DNA from: Octopus vulgaris
Lineage: Eukaryota
NCBI GenBank assembly: GCA_951406725.2
Contig: OX597832.1
Coordinates: 55,242,001-55,306,000 of the forward strand
Length of the DNA: 64,000 bases
Direction: 5' to 3'
Shown here: in pieces, positions 12,202-26,594 of the stretch
Layout of the letters: each line of letters starts with the position of its first letter
Numbering within the stretch: position 1 is the stretch's first letter
Made by a program: the position numbers and the translations under genes
The notes under the pieces: model-generated
Told to the model about the DNA's origin: nothing
Seen by the model: only the letters and a program-made list of their open reading frames with translations
Databases searched by the model: none

Positions 12202-12558
12202 CTAGCAGTATCGCCGGCGTTGCTCAGGTTTATAAGGGAAATAACTATAAAGCATTTTTAGAGAGTTATAGCCAAAAAATAGCAAAAAAATGGAAAAAAA
12301 ATTATGGTAAATTTTTTTTTAAGAGTATATAGTCTGTGGTTTGTTTTTTTTGATCGACCCCATGTCGAATTTATCGATTTTTTTCAGAACTGGGGTTAAC
12401 TTTTCAAAATTTTCGCTGCGTTAGTTTTGAATTATGACATGGGCATGTGTGTGTCAAGTTTCATCAGAATCGGTTGAAAGCCGTGGTCAGGGTGAGGGTA
12501 CGAGAAAACAGACACACAGAAACACGCACAGACAAACTGCCGTTTATATATAGAGAGA
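12202..12558 (-). mobile_element. Non-autonomous Helitron
   Basis: Minus strand starts with TC after A and ends with a GC-rich hairpin plus CTAG before T; no TSD. Homologous to 55208-55600. Confidence 0.75.
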
Positions 12559-12559
12559 T

Positions 12560-12780
12560 AAGGCAGCGAACTGACAGAAACGTTAGCACGCCGGGCGAAA
12601 TGCTTAGCAGTATTTCGTCTGTCTTTACGTTCCGAGTTCAAATCCCGGGGAGGTCGACTTTGCCTTTCATCCTTTATTCTGGATCGATAAATTATATACC
12701 AGTTGCGTACTGGGGTCGATCTAATCGACTGGCCCTCTCCCTAAAAATTTCAGGTTTTGTGTCTAGAGTAGAAAAGGATA
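12560..12780 (+). mobile_element. SINE-A, tail type 2
   Basis: Ends ...AAAATTTCAGG...TGTGTCTAGAGTAGAAAAGGAT. Confidence 0.8.
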
Positions 12781-13112
12781 TAAAATTATATATTTATATA
12801 TTTGGAGATAGAACAGCTGCCAGTTGCATTACCTAGCGTGTGCTAATCTGACGCCTTACTTTCGTGTTAAGGCGACATTCGGTCGATGTTGGGCGGTAAT
12901 ATTTCTTCTGTATGACCGTTTTATAATCGACAATCTTTGAGACTTTCTTCTATCTTCGCCTGGTTGTGTATTCTTAGCCGTTTGTTTACAATTACGGCTA
13001 CTTTCGGCAGTTCAGAGTTGTTAATGTTTAAACAAACACCTCCGGATGAAAACTTTAGTTCTTCATCTCTAACATCAACAAGAACGATGACGCTAGCAGC
13101 AGAAGCAGCACA

Positions 13113-13548
13113 GTGGAGGCGCAATGGCCCAGTGGTTAGGGCAGCGGACTCGCAGTCGTAAGAACGCGGTTTCGATTCCCAGACCGGGCATTGTGAGGTG
13201 TTTATTGAGCCAAAATACCTAAGCTCCGGGGTGGTGGTGAACTCCGCTTGTAATCTTTCAGCGCAAGTTTCTCTCACTCTTTCTGCCACAAAGCAGAGGA
13301 ACCATGGTCCGCATTGTTTTAGCCTTCAAATGACGCGACCCCGCTGGGTAAGCGAACAGGCCAACGGAAGAAAGAGAGAAAGTTGTGACGAAAGAATACA
13401 GTAGGGATCGCCGCCACCCCCTGCCGGAACCTCGTGGAGCTTTAGGTGTTTTCGCTCAATAAACACTCACAATGCCCGGTCTGGGAATCGAAACCGCGAT
13501 CCTACGAGCGCGAGTCCGCTGCGTTAACCACTGGGCCATTGCGCCTCC
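13113..13548. mobile_element. Two SINE-C copies (tRNA-Arg-like head) in inverted orientation
   Basis: + copy starts GGAGGCGCAATGGCCCAGTGGTTAGG at about 13114; the - copy head ends at 13548. Confidence 0.85.
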
Positions 13549-13566
13549 ATATATATATATATATAT

Positions 13567-13644
<78 letters not shown>

Positions 13645-13696
13645 TAAGCATGTGAATGTGTGTGAGGATGTATATTGATTTTTCAAATTGTGAGAC

Positions 13697-13965
<269 letters not shown>

Positions 13966-14237
13966 CATGTGAATGTGTGTGAGGATGTATATTGATTTTT
14001 CAAATTGTGAGCCAAGCGTAACGGCTATATACATATATATTTGAGTTTGTGTGGGTGTTTAAGCAGTCTCGATCGTAAATCGATATTTCATTGTGGCGCT
14101 GTGTGTATATGTATGCATGCATTATGCATCCGATATAGAGTGTGTGTACTTTATCGCTAAAGTACAGCCTTGTGTGTGCAGCTGGTTTTATCTGTGTACA
14201 ATGTTACATGGTCATGCTTGCATACATGCATATATAC

Positions 14238-14283
<46 letters not shown>

Positions 14284-14287
14284 CACA

Positions 14288-14695
14288 GGTGCAGGAGTGG
14301 CTGTGTGGTAAGAAGCGTGCTTCCCAACCACATGGTTCTGTGTTCAGTCCCACTGCGTGGCCCCTTGGCCAAGTGTCTTTTACTATAATCTCGGGTCGAC
14401 CAAAGCCTTGTGAGTGGATTTTGGTAGACGGAAACTGAAAGAAGCCTGTCGTATATATATATATATATGTGTGTGTGTGTATGCATATATTTGTGTGTCT
14501 GTGTTTGTCCTTCCACCATCGCTTGACAATCGATGCTGGCGTGCTTACGTCCCCGTAACGTAGCGGTTCGGCAAAAGTGACCGATAGAATAAGTACTAGG
14601 CTTAGAAAGAATGCGTCCTGGGGTCGATTTGTTCGAGTAAAGGCGATGATCCAGCATGGTCGCAGTCAAATGACCGAAACAGGTGAAAGAATAAA
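14288..14695 (+). mobile_element. SINE-B
   Basis: Full-length match to the family. Confidence 0.88.
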
Positions 14696-15706
14696 TGACC
14701 ATGTACATATATATTTAATACACACAAGTATAATATGTATATACATATGTATGTATGTATGTATGTATGTATATACATATACATACATCATCTCATTAAT
14801 CTAGTCACTGACTCATCTTTGTAGTTTTGCCGTCATGTGTAGTATAAACTGCTGATTCACGTTACCTGTCGATAGTAAAACTTCCTTCCCCCCACCTCGC
14901 CACCCTACTCGTCTATTCCCCCTCCCCAACCGCTCCGCCTTACCACCCTGGACACCCGTCGCTTTCCTGCTTCCACCCCTAACATTCTCACAATCTCGTA
15001 TTATTTTCTCTGCAGCTAAATACTTAAAAGAATTTTGCCATAAAACATGCGGTTTTTTTCGGGGTTTTTTTTTTTTTGAGTAAACTCTTTCTTTACATGT
15101 GGAAACGGAAATATCTCACACGAACGCCATAACTTTGTTTATTATATATATATTTTTGTAGTTGTTGTTGACGCTGTTGTTGTTGTTGTAGTTGCTGCTG
15201 TTCTCTTTTTTGAAGTTGTTTTGCTGTTGCCGTTTCCTTTATTTTTTGTTTTTGTTGTAAATTTTTTTAGTTCTTGCTTTTCTTTATTCTTTGAAAAATA
15301 AAAAAAAAAGATGTATTTTAAAAGCAAACAAATGGACAAAACAAAGAAACAAAAAGAACAAAAAAAATGTTTATTTTTAGTTACTCCAACACTCAGAATC
15401 GCTCTTCTTTTTGTTAGAATTTCATAAGTTGAAATAAAAAAGAGGAAGATGAGTATATAAAATCTTCCTTTATATACATACATACAACAAATAAGTGTGT
15501 ATGTGCGTGTGTATGCATGTGTGTGTGTGTGTGTGTGTGTGCGTGTGTGTGTATAAATTTTAGATAATGGTGCAGGAAGTATACAACTATTAACGGAAAG
15601 GGGAAAATACACACACAAGGAGAAACCCATTTGTATCAGGAATCATTAAGATTTCGGCGCTTGGGAAAAGTTAGTATCGTTCATCCGGAAAGCCACACAC
15701 ACACAA

Positions 15707-15757
<51 letters not shown>

Positions 15758-16132
15758 TACATGCATACATACACACACACACACAGAGAATAGTGTAATC
15801 GCGCGCCAATTATGCGAAAATATGCTTGTCTTGAATTGTTTTGTAAACACGCACATGCGCGTATCATTCATCACGGATTCATTTATCACCGTGTTATAAA
15901 CAAAGATAGATGTATTAATACATTTTCACGGTGTACCAACGGAATACATTGTAGAACAGAAATCCACTTTTGTGATCTCATCTATAAACTAGCTTTCGTG
16001 TGATATATACAAACATAATGTCCCGAAAAACATAGGCATAGTTGTGTGGTAAGAAGCTTCCTTCCCAACCACATGGTTCCGAGTTCAGTCCCACTGCGTG
16101 GCACCTTGGGCAAGTGTCTTCTCCTATAGCCT

Positions 16133-16643
16133 CTTTACTACCCACAAGGGGCTAAACGCAGAGAGGACAAACAAGGACAGACAAACGGATTAAGTCGATT
16201 ATATCGACCCCAGTGCGTAACTGGTACTTATTTAATCGACCCCGAAAGAGTGAAAGGCAAAGTCGACACTCGGCGGAATTTGAACTCAGAACGTAGCGGC
16301 AGACGAAATACCTATTTCTTTATTACCCACAAGGGGCTAAACATAGAGGAGACAAACATGGACAGACATAGGTATTAAGTCGATTATATCGACCCCAGTG
16401 CTTAACTGGTACTTAATTTATCGACCCCGAAAGGATGAAAGGCAAAGTCGACCTCGGCGGAATTTGAACTCAGAACGTAACGGCAGACGTAATACCTATT
16501 TCTTTATTACCCAGAAGGGGCTAAACACAGAGGGGACAAACAAGGACAGACATAGGTATTAAGTCGATTACATCGACCCCAGTGCGTAAATACCGCTAAG
16601 CATTTCGCCCGACGTGCTTACGTTTCTGTCAGACCGCCGCCTT
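16133..16643 (-). mobile_element. SINE-A trimer adjacent to a SINE-B head (16035-16132, +)
   Basis: Three tail-1 units joined at AAAGAAATAG|GTATT. Confidence 0.88.
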
Positions 16644-17559
16644 CCCGTACACGTATATTAAATAGTTGAAGGTTATATCCAGTTTACAGGCCAATTATTG
16701 CCGATTCTCCCTGAAGCGAATGGTAGAAATGCAATGCCAGAACGTGTCCGAATAAAATCACCTGAAGTCTTTTACTTCGGAACCCTTTTTATATATATAT
16801 CATCCTAGCGGAAACGACCTTCTGTTTTTGTCTATTCTGGCTCGTGTGAAAATAAATCCTTGTTAATCGATTATTAACCTACCTTCCAAATATCACTGTG
16901 GCCTTGTTCATAACAATGTAAATAATCTAATATTTATAGATAACTCATTTGTTTTCAAAACAATTGCGTTTCAATCCTGGCGTTTTGTATTAAAGTACAT
17001 ATCTGAAAGGAGAGGAGAGTGTGTGAGGGAATTATGTCAGTTTGTTTCAATCGATTACTATAATCAATATACGGTTTTAATAGTCCTTTTTTTTCATTTT
17101 AATTATTGGTTTTCTATCGATCCCAGCTCGTCATATAAAATAAGTAGATGCCTAAAACAGCTAATTTTCTGCTACTTTTTCGTAACCAATTTTAAAACAA
17201 TTGATTTCTTTTGAGTAACGTAAATAAGCACTAGAAATTTTATCGGAGACTAGAACGAATCTATACAACATTCTCTTATTCGTGTTCTTTTTATTATAGA
17301 CATAGAAAAGGCGGCGAGCGAGCAGAATCGGTAGCAAGCCTTGCAAAAACGCTTGTCGGCTTTTCGTCCGTATTTGTGTTTCTGAGTTCAAATTCCGCTG
17401 AGATCGACTTTGTCTTTTTACTCTTTCGGGATCAGTAAAACAAGTGCCGAGGATGGCTCTATACCACATTCGAGTTCTTTTATTGTTGAAGACGTAGATC
17501 AGGGGTCACCAAACGTTTTTCACATCGGGCCAGATTACTGAGAGGATGACGAGCGCGGA

Positions 17560-18049
17560 AGGCGACGAGCTGGCAGAAACGTTAGCACGCCGGGCGAAAT
17601 GCTCAGCCATATTTCGTCCGCCGTTGCGTTCTGAGTTCAAATTCCGCTGAGGTTGACTTTGCCTTTCATCCTTTCGGGGTCGATAAATTAAGTACTAGTT
17701 ACGCACTGGAGTCGATGTAATCGACTTAATCCCTTTGCCTGTCCTTGTTTGTCCTCTCTGTGTTTAGCTCCTTGTGGGTAGTAAAGAAATAGGTATTTCG
17801 TCCGTCTTTTCGTTCTGAGTTCAAATTCCGCTGAGGTTGACTTTGCCTTTCATCCTTTCGGGGTCGATTAAATAGGTACCAGTTACGCACTGGTGTCGAT
17901 GTAATCGACTCAATCCGTTTGTCTGTCCGTTCTGGGTTCATTCCCACTGTGTGGCACCTTGGGTAAGTGTCTTCTACTATAGCCTCGGGCCGACCAAAAG
18001 CCTTGTGAGTGGATCTGGTAGACGGAAACTGAAAGAAGCCCGTCGTATT

Positions 18050-18081
<32 letters not shown>

Positions 18082-18730
18082 TATTTGTGCGTTTGTGTTT
18101 GTACGCCCATCATCGCTTGACACCGATACTGGCGTGTTTATGTCTCCGTGATATAGCGGTTCTGCAAAAGAGACCGATAACATAAGTACCAGGCTTACAA
18201 AAAAAAATGTCCGGGGGGCGGTTTGTTCGATTAAAAGGCGTTGCTCCTGTATGGCCGCAGTCAAATGACTGAAACAAGTAAAAAAAAAAAAAAAAGAATT
18301 TCGTGATGTAGTGACGAGCTATTTTTATCAGTTATATATATTTGTGGTAAGCAGCTTGCTTACGAACCACATGGTTCCGGGTTCAATCCCACTGCGTGGC
18401 ACCTTGGGCAAGTGTCTTCTACTATAGCCTCGGGCTGACCAATGCCTTGTGAGTGGATTCGGTAGACGGAAACTGGAAGAAGCCTGTCGTATATATGTCT
18501 ATATATATATATATGCGTGTGTGTGTTTGTGTGTCTGTGTTTGTCCCCCTAGTATTGCTTGACAACCGATGCTGGTGTGTTTACGTCCCCGTATACTAGC
18601 TGTTCGGCAAAAAGAGACCAATAGAATAAGTACTGGGCTTACAGAAAATAAGTCGCGGGGTCGATTTGCTCGACTAAAGGCGATGCTCCAGCATGGCCGC
18701 AGTCAAATGATTGAAACCAGTAAAAAGATT
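17560..18730 (+). mobile_element. Cluster: SINE-A dimer (17560-17930) then two SINE-B (17930-18295, 18343-18730)
   Basis: Family matches. Confidence 0.85.
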
Positions 18731-19449
18731 AAAGCGGTAGGAAGCACCATTCCGCTAATTCACTACTTTGGTTTCGTTTTGTATCTTTTACGATGTCCAA
18801 TATTTCGTTTTATTTCTTCAAATTTAGGTGGTTTTGATCAAAATAGCCACCAAGTTTTTCCGGGAAAAACAAAAAAAAAAAAAAAAGAAAGAAAAAGAAA
18901 TGAAAAAAAAGTCAACGAACTCTGAACTGTTTATTTATTTATTATTTATTTATATACTTTCTTTGGCGTTAACTTCATTCGCACATGGGGCATTTAAAAT
19001 TTTTTTGTGTGTGTGTGTGTATATATATATGGTGCAACAACCCCTGACGGTCCGAAACCGAGTGGTCACTGCGAGGTCAAGCACCAATTAATTTATTCAC
19101 GACAGTTTCACTTTGGACGGTCGGCATGTTGTCTTTTAATCCGTTCAGAAAAATGGGAATGGGCGGAGGGGAGAAATATGCTAATTGTATATCCTCCTCT
19201 CATTCTTCCTTCCTTTCTCTCACTCACTCTCTCTCTACTCCTCCCGCTCTGTCCCTCACTCACTCTCTCTCTATCTATCTATCTCTTCCCGTCACTCGTG
19301 CTTTTTTTTATACTCAAGCTATGTAAACATCCCGGCAGTGTTTGTACGTATCTAAAACAGAGAAATACTACCATTTTCTCTGTCGTCCGTAATGACAGCT
19401 TGGTTTCATTTGGATAAAAGCTAACGACGGTAAAATACACATTTTATTT

Positions 19450-19951
19450 CTTACACACACACACAGACACGAAGCATTTATACACATGTACATACTCATA
19501 CATAAATATATATATATATACACACATACATACACTCACACATATATATATATATAATATTATTTATATATACACACATGGACACATACATGTATACATA
19601 CCTACATACTTAGACACATATACATACAGACGCATTTATACATACACACATATGTAAACACGCTCATATATACATACATGCATACGTACGTACTCTTTCA
19701 CATCCACACACATATACATACACCCCCATATATTATATATATTATATATATATATATATATATACACATACATACTTGGACACATACATATATACACATA
19801 CCTACAGACACATGTTATATATACATACAGACGCATGTAAACATACACTCATATAAATATATATATACATACAGACTTGGACACAAATACATATACACAT
19901 ACCTACATACTTAGACACATGATATACATACAGACGCATATATACATACAT

Positions 19952-20008
<57 letters not shown>

Positions 20009-20073
20009 TCATACATGCATACGTACTCTTTCACATCCATACACACATACATACACCTACACACACACACACA

Positions 20074-20138
<65 letters not shown>

Positions 20139-21190
20139 CATGTATATATACGCACACATGGCAAGCAACATGGTAGGATTGACGTAAGATGTGTTTTAAG
20201 CAGTTTTTTCTCTCTCTTTCTCTTCTTGTGCTGTGGGGAGTGTGAGAGGAGGGGGGAGGGCGTTCGTGCCTGATAAAATGTATCGAGTTTGCTTTTAAAC
20301 TTTCTCTCTTATCCGCGTTCGTTAAAAGCTCGCCTTCATCACTATTTTGTTATTGTACTATATATATATATATATATTACTCACACACACAGAAATACAC
20401 ACGTTTATACGTACGAACTTTATATATACATTCACACGTATACAATAAATATGTCCATATCCTGAAAGTTTAGGATATTGCTATTGTTTTTTTTTTTTTA
20501 CTTTTACTATCCACTCTCTCTCTCTCATACGCATGCGACTTTCTTATACATACGTAGCTCACACACACACACACATACATACTTATATATACATCCGTCC
20601 TAGTTGTGAAAGTATGAGATAGATTGCTTGTTTATATTATGCTTTCTCTCTCTCACGCATACACACACACACGTACATATATATATATATATATACATCC
20701 ACACGTCACTCTTTTTTATATGTATTTCGCTGATACACACACACATATCGGTTCACTATAATTTGCTACACACCTTAATCTTTATACTATATCCGTCATA
20801 CACACACATATACATACATACACACATATACACATGCATACACACCTACATATGCATACATACACATGCACACATATATACACATAGACACATATATACA
20901 TACATAATACACACACATACATGCATATACATCTACACATGCATACACATACATACATGCCCACATACATATACATACATACACACACATATATACATAT
21001 ATACACACACATATATACATATATACACACACATATACATATATACACACACATATACACATACATACACACATAAATACACACATACATACACACACAT
21101 ACACACTTATATACACACATATACATACACACACATATATACACTTACACACACATATATATACATACATACATACACACACATACATTT
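19450..21190. repeat. Extended degenerate (CA/TA)n low-complexity region
   Basis: Directly visible; interrupted by unique segments around 20160-20780. Confidence 0.85.
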
Positions 21191-21514
21191 ATTGCTTTCT
21201 AGTAATTTACTTATTATCTTCCAAATTAACAATGTCACTCGTAAATGTTTTCTCTGCTAAGTTACTAAACACACCAGTAGTAAGTAGTACTATTAGTATA
21301 TTAGTGTTACTACTACTCACTATTAACAATTTACTTACTGCTGCTGCTGCTAGTCATGCCTCGTAGCTTACCATCCTGTATTAGTAATCTTTTCAAACAT
21401 TGTTTAGTACTTCAAGTGTTAAAAAGAGGGAGAGATAGAGAGAGACAGGATGAGAGCGACAGAGGGAAAGACCGGCTTTAGTTTTCGCTTTCTGAAGAGG
21501 GACGTCAATTTATC

Positions 21515-21560
<46 letters not shown>

Positions 21561-21567
21561 TCATTTC

Positions 21568-22165
21568 CTTTTCTACTCTAGGCACAAGGCACGAAATTTG
21601 GGGGGGACGTAACTGGTATTTTAATTTATCGACTCCGAAAAGATGAAAGGCAAAGTCCTATATATACCTCGGCGGAATTTGAACTCAGAACGTAAAAACA
21701 GACGAAATACCTATTTCTTTACTTACGACAGACGAAATACTTATTTCTTTACTACCCACAAGGGGCTAAACACAGAGAGGACAAGCAAGGACAGACAAAC
21801 GAATTAAGTCGATTATATCGACCCCAGTGCGTAACTGGTACTTTAATTTAATCGACCCCGAAAGGATGAAAGGCAAAGTCGACCTCGGCGGAATTTGAAC
21901 TCAGAAAGTAAAAACAGACGAATACCTATTTCTTTACTACCCACAAGGGGCTAAACACAGAGAGGACAAACCAGGACAGACAAACGGATTACGTCGATTA
22001 CATCGACTCCAGTGCGTAACTGGTACTTAATTTATCGACCCCGAAAGGATGAAAGGGTAAAAGTCTACCTCGGCGGAATTTGAACTCAGAACGTAGCGAC
22101 AGACGAAATACCGTTTAAGCATTTCGCCCGGCGTGCTTAACAGCGATACTGCCGGCTCGCCGCAT
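21568..22165 (-). mobile_element. SINE-A concatemer (tail-1 units, terminal tail-2 unit)
   Basis: Head at about 22165; junctions at AAATAG|GTATT; tail-2 at about 21570-21605. Confidence 0.88.
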
Positions 22166-22352
22166 TCTCTCATTTCCGTTAAACCATCTCTTAGCATGTG
22201 TCTATATTCATACGTACACCAAACATCCGATCTATGTTCCTGTTTTGTTTATTAGTGCATTCATTCTCAGTAGCACCCTAAAGCACGTACACACACATAC
22301 AGGCCATCTACGGCAATCTTTCGTTTTGACTCGAAATAATGTAAACATTAAA

Positions 22353-22740
22353 CAGGAGTGGCCGTGTGGTAAGTAGCTTGCTAACCAACCACATGGTTCC
22401 GGGTTCAGTCCCACTGCGTGGCATCTTGGGCAAGTGTCTTCTGCTATAGACTCGGGCTGACCAATGCCTTGTGAATGGATTTGGTTGACGGAAACTGAAA
22501 GAAGCCCGTCGTATATATGTATATGTATACATGTTTGTGTGTCTGTGTTTGTCCCTCCAACATCGATTGACAACCGATACTGGTGTGTTTACGTCCCTCC
22601 GTAACTTAGCGGTTCGGCAAAAGTGACCGATAGAATAAGTACTAGGCTTACAAAGAATAAGTCCTTGGGTCGATTAGCTCGACTAAAGGCGGTGCTCCAG
22701 CATGGCCGCAGTCAAATATGACTGAAACAAGTAAAAGAGA
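22353..22740 (+). mobile_element. SINE-B
   Basis: Family match. Confidence 0.88.
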
Positions 22741-23067
22741 TTTAACAAAGAGAAGAAAACACACCATTTAAGCTTTCAACGAAAGCTTGTTAAGAATAAA
22801 TGTTAAGTGTCTTGTTAAATTCCTTTCAACCACTTGAAGTATTTAAATTTTTCACTAGATTTTTTTTTTAAATCAACGCTGATGTAATTTCTGGGAAAAA
22901 TGAATAAAATTTTCGTCCAGCGCAAGAAAAACATCTTTTAAAAAATAAATTGGAAAAAATTTTAAATAATTCAAGTGGTACGAAAAAAAATTTAACGAGA
23001 TCCCTTTTGCTATTACATTTCTGTCAAAATAGATCCCTTTTGTTTCAGTTATTTTGAAAATAATTGA

Positions 23068-23180
23068 GGCCATATCACGTTGAAAACACAGGGTTCTCGT
23101 CCGATCACCGAAGTCAAGCAACGTCGAACCTAGTTAGTACTTAGATGGGTGACCGCTTGGGAAACCTAGGTGATGTAAAC
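23068..23180 (+). pseudogene. 5S rRNA pseudogene / orphon, about 6 nt 5'-truncated
   Basis: GGCCATATCACGTTGAAAACAC...CTCGTCCGATCACCGAAGTCAAGCAACGTCGA...TTAGTACTTAGATGGGTGACCGCTTGGGAA matches mollusc-type 5S including the internal control boxes. The 5' strand of helix I and the oligo-T terminator are missing; single copy. Confidence 0.88.
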
Positions 23181-23194
23181 GTCACATGTTTCTA

Positions 23195-23575
23195 GGCGTA
23201 GAAGTGGCTGTGTGGTAAGTAGCTTGCTTACGAATCACATGGTTCCGGGTTCAATCCCACTGCGTGGCATCTTGGGCAAGTGTCTTCTACTATAGCATCG
23301 GGCCGACCAAAGCCTTGTGAGTGGATTTTGTAGACGAAAACCGAAAGAAGTCCGTCGTATATATGTATATATATATGTGTGTGTCTGTATTTGTCCCCTC
23401 CAACATCGCTTGACAATCGATGCTAGTGTGTTTACGTCTCCGTAACTTAGCGGTTCGGCAAAAGTAATAGATAAAATAAGTACTAGATTTCCAAAGAATA
23501 AGTCCTGGTGTCGATCTTGCTCAACTAAAGGCGGTGCTCCAGCATGGCCGCAGTCAAATGACTGAAACAAGTAAA
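23195..23575 (+). mobile_element. SINE-B directly downstream of the 5S pseudogene
   Basis: Family match. Confidence 0.88.
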
Positions 23576-23969
23576 AAAAAAAAAGGGTAAAGAGAGTGTT
23601 TAGGAAAATAACTCTGTTACTATTTTAGCCTGTTGTTCAGAACATGAATTAACATGGAATTTCGATGGAAAGTTTGAATTTAGATGACTTTCGACATGAA
23701 ATTTGTATCAATGAGGCCAAGGCGTTCTCAGGCAGGTTGGTATCAAAAGAATTAAAACATTTTCTAAAGTATCAACTGCCCAGAGTGCAAAAAAACTAAG
23801 TGTCAAGATATTTATAAAGAGGAAAAGAAAATCACGAACCTGAAAACATGTCACCTGGGACAATGACAATGGGGGTCCCTGTGGGATGAATTGGGGGCTT
23901 TGACAGTCTGTTATACCTATTATTTCTATTGTTTAATCCCAGCCTAGGCCTAATCGAGCAGTTTCTACA

Positions 23970-24360
23970 GTGGAGGCGCAATGACCCAATGGTTAGGGCG
24001 GCGGACTCTCGGTCGGAGGATCGCAGTTTCGATTCTCTGACCGGGCGTTGTGTGTGTTTATTGAGCGAAAACACCTAAAGCTCCACGAGGCTCGGGCAGG
24101 GGGGTGGCGGGTGGCGACCCCTGTTGTACTCTTTCGCTCCAACTTTTTCTCACTCTTTCTTCCAGTTTCTTGTCCCCGACTTCCTACGCAACCGCTGAGC
24201 CTGGATGCGCAGTCATCCATCCGTCGATGCTCTCGGTGTCGGGGGTTGACCTGCTTTCTCTTCTGCGGATCTTACGAATAGCAAAGGACCACGTTTCGGA
24301 CTTCTCCCATCTTGCGAGCTCTGAGACGAAGACCGTTCGCTCAACAGCAACAGCAGCTTC
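23970..24360 (+). mobile_element. SINE-C head with a distinct 3' tail
   Basis: Head and core match SINE-C to about 24160, followed by unrelated GC-rich sequence ending in CAA/CAG repeats. Confidence 0.7.
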
Positions 24361-24444
24361 TACAATTGGCATTCTTTCGATATAGCTCGACAAAATCAAA
24401 ACATTTCACTTCGGGTATTTCCGTGGGTTGTGGAGTATAAAAAA

Positions 24445-24632
24445 TAAATAAATGCGCCCTTTTTAAAGCCTAACCAGGTTCATGGGCTCGGTTTCTGTGG
24501 CGTACGTGTTCCTCAGCTGGACGGAACGCCAGTCCATCCCAGCGTTACTCATTTTTGCCAGCTGAGTGGACTGGAGCAACGTGAAATGAAACGTCTTGCT
24601 CAAGAACACAACGCATCGCCCGGTCCAGGAAC
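24445..24632 (-). mobile_element. SINE-E (CORE-like), 5'-truncated
   Basis: Matches 51402-51648. Confidence 0.8.
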
Positions 24633-25149
24633 CGATTTTGGCTTGTTTACATCCCCATAATACCGCGATTCGACAAAATACAACCTGTGCTTAAATAATG
24701 AGTACTAAGGCCTATTTGTTCGACTAAACAATTGAAGAGGACCGTAGTCCAATGACTGAAACAAACGATTAAAGATAACCTAATCCTGTGAGATTAAGTA
24801 AAATCGATCGAAACGATCGGAGGAGTTAGAGTGGTGGTAGAGTAGGGGCGCGTTGCTTCGTTTTAACTCGACAAAACTATAACAAGACCTCGGTTGTTTC
24901 CGTGTCAACTCGACAATTCACTTCGGATATCTTCGTGACCTCAGTAACAGTGTGAGTGTCCTGTTTTTAATGTATTTACGTGTTGTGGAATGTAGATATA
25001 ACGAAATTATGCCAGCAAAAAAGCCTTGCATATTTATTCTTACCTGCTTCGTGTGTGTATGCTAAAACCTCGCAAATTTTCGGAGGTCACGAAGATGTCC
25101 GAAGTGAATTGTCAATTTGTAACGTGTGGTCACGGAAACCATCGAATAC

Positions 25150-25448
25150 ATTACTCTTTTACTCGTTTCAGTTATTTGACTGCGGCCATGCTGGAGCACC
25201 GCCTTTAGTCGAGCAAATCGACCCCGAGACTTATTCTTTGTAAGCCCAGTACTTATTCTATCGGTCTCTTTTACCGAACCGCCAAGTGACGGGGACGTAA
25301 ACACACCAGCATCGGTTGTCAAGCAATGCTCGGGGGACAAACAGACACACACACACACACACATATATACATACATACATATATACGACAGGCTTCTTTC
25401 AGTTTCCGTCTACTTACCATGCTTACCATACAGCCACTCCTACGCCTG

Positions 25449-25483
<35 letters not shown>

Positions 25484-26062
25484 CCTTTCTACAAAAGGCA
25501 CAGGGGTTGAAATTTGGAGGGAGGGGACTAGTTAATTACATAGACCCCAATGTTTCACTGGTAGTTGATTTATCGACCCCGAAAGTATAAAAGCCAAAGT
25601 CGACCTCTGCGGAATTTGAACTCAGAATATAGCCACAGGTGAAATACCTATTTCTTATCCACCCACAAGGGGCTAAACAGAGAAAGGACAAACAAGGACA
25701 GATAAACGGATTAAGTCGATTATATCGACCCCAGTTCGTAACTGGTACTTATTTAATCGACCCCGAAAGGATGAAAGGCAAAGTCGACCTCGGCGGAATT
25801 TGAACTCAGAACGTAACGGCAGACGAAATACCTATTTCTTTACTACCCACAAGGGGCTAAATACAGAGAGGAAAAACAAGGACAGACAAACGGATTACGT
25901 CGATTATATCGACCCCAGTGCGTAACTAGTACTTATTTAATCGACCCCGAAAGGATGAAAGGCAAAGTCGACCTCGGCGGAATTTGAACTCACAACGTAA
26001 CGGCAGACGAGATACCGCAAAGCATTTCGCCCGGCGTGCTAACGTTTCTGCCAGCTCGCCGC
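25150..26062 (-). mobile_element. SINE-B (25150-25448) and SINE-A trimer (25484-26062, terminal tail-2)
   Basis: Family matches. Confidence 0.88.
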
Positions 26063-26594
26063 ATCAAATCTGTATATAATAATAATAAAAATAGACTGAA
26101 TTTTATATTGATTGGCTATTTCTGACAGTAGAGGTCAAGAACTGGGCTACCTCTGATGAACAATTCCTTTAGTTCTTAAATTCTTCAGATATCTTACACG
26201 GTTCGATTGAAGTCATTGCTGGCTGTTTGTATTAATTGATGTCGATCGAAGAGTTGCTATAGGTTTTCTTTCATTTAGCAATTAAATTGTTTGCTATTCA
26301 ACAATGATATCATAAATATAATTAGTCAGATTCAAGCGAGATACTCAACGAAGCGACTAATCTCGAAGATTTATTTCTATATCTCTGAGAAAAATCTCCC
26401 CGGTGTGTAGGAATAAAGATATACTTCTAACACTCTGGAATTGATTCGGTGTTGGTTTTCAGAAGATGTAATATAGATGTCGACGTAAGGGCCACACTTA
26501 ATAAGGATCTCTTTGATTAAACACAACGGATTGGAGTCGGGTACATTGCGTATATATTATTCGTAGCTATTTATGTATTCTGGTAGGAGATTTT

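Noticed and set aside
13113-13190. tRNA genes at SINE heads
   Set aside because: A and B boxes are present, but there is no complete cloverleaf and each head continues into a repeat body.
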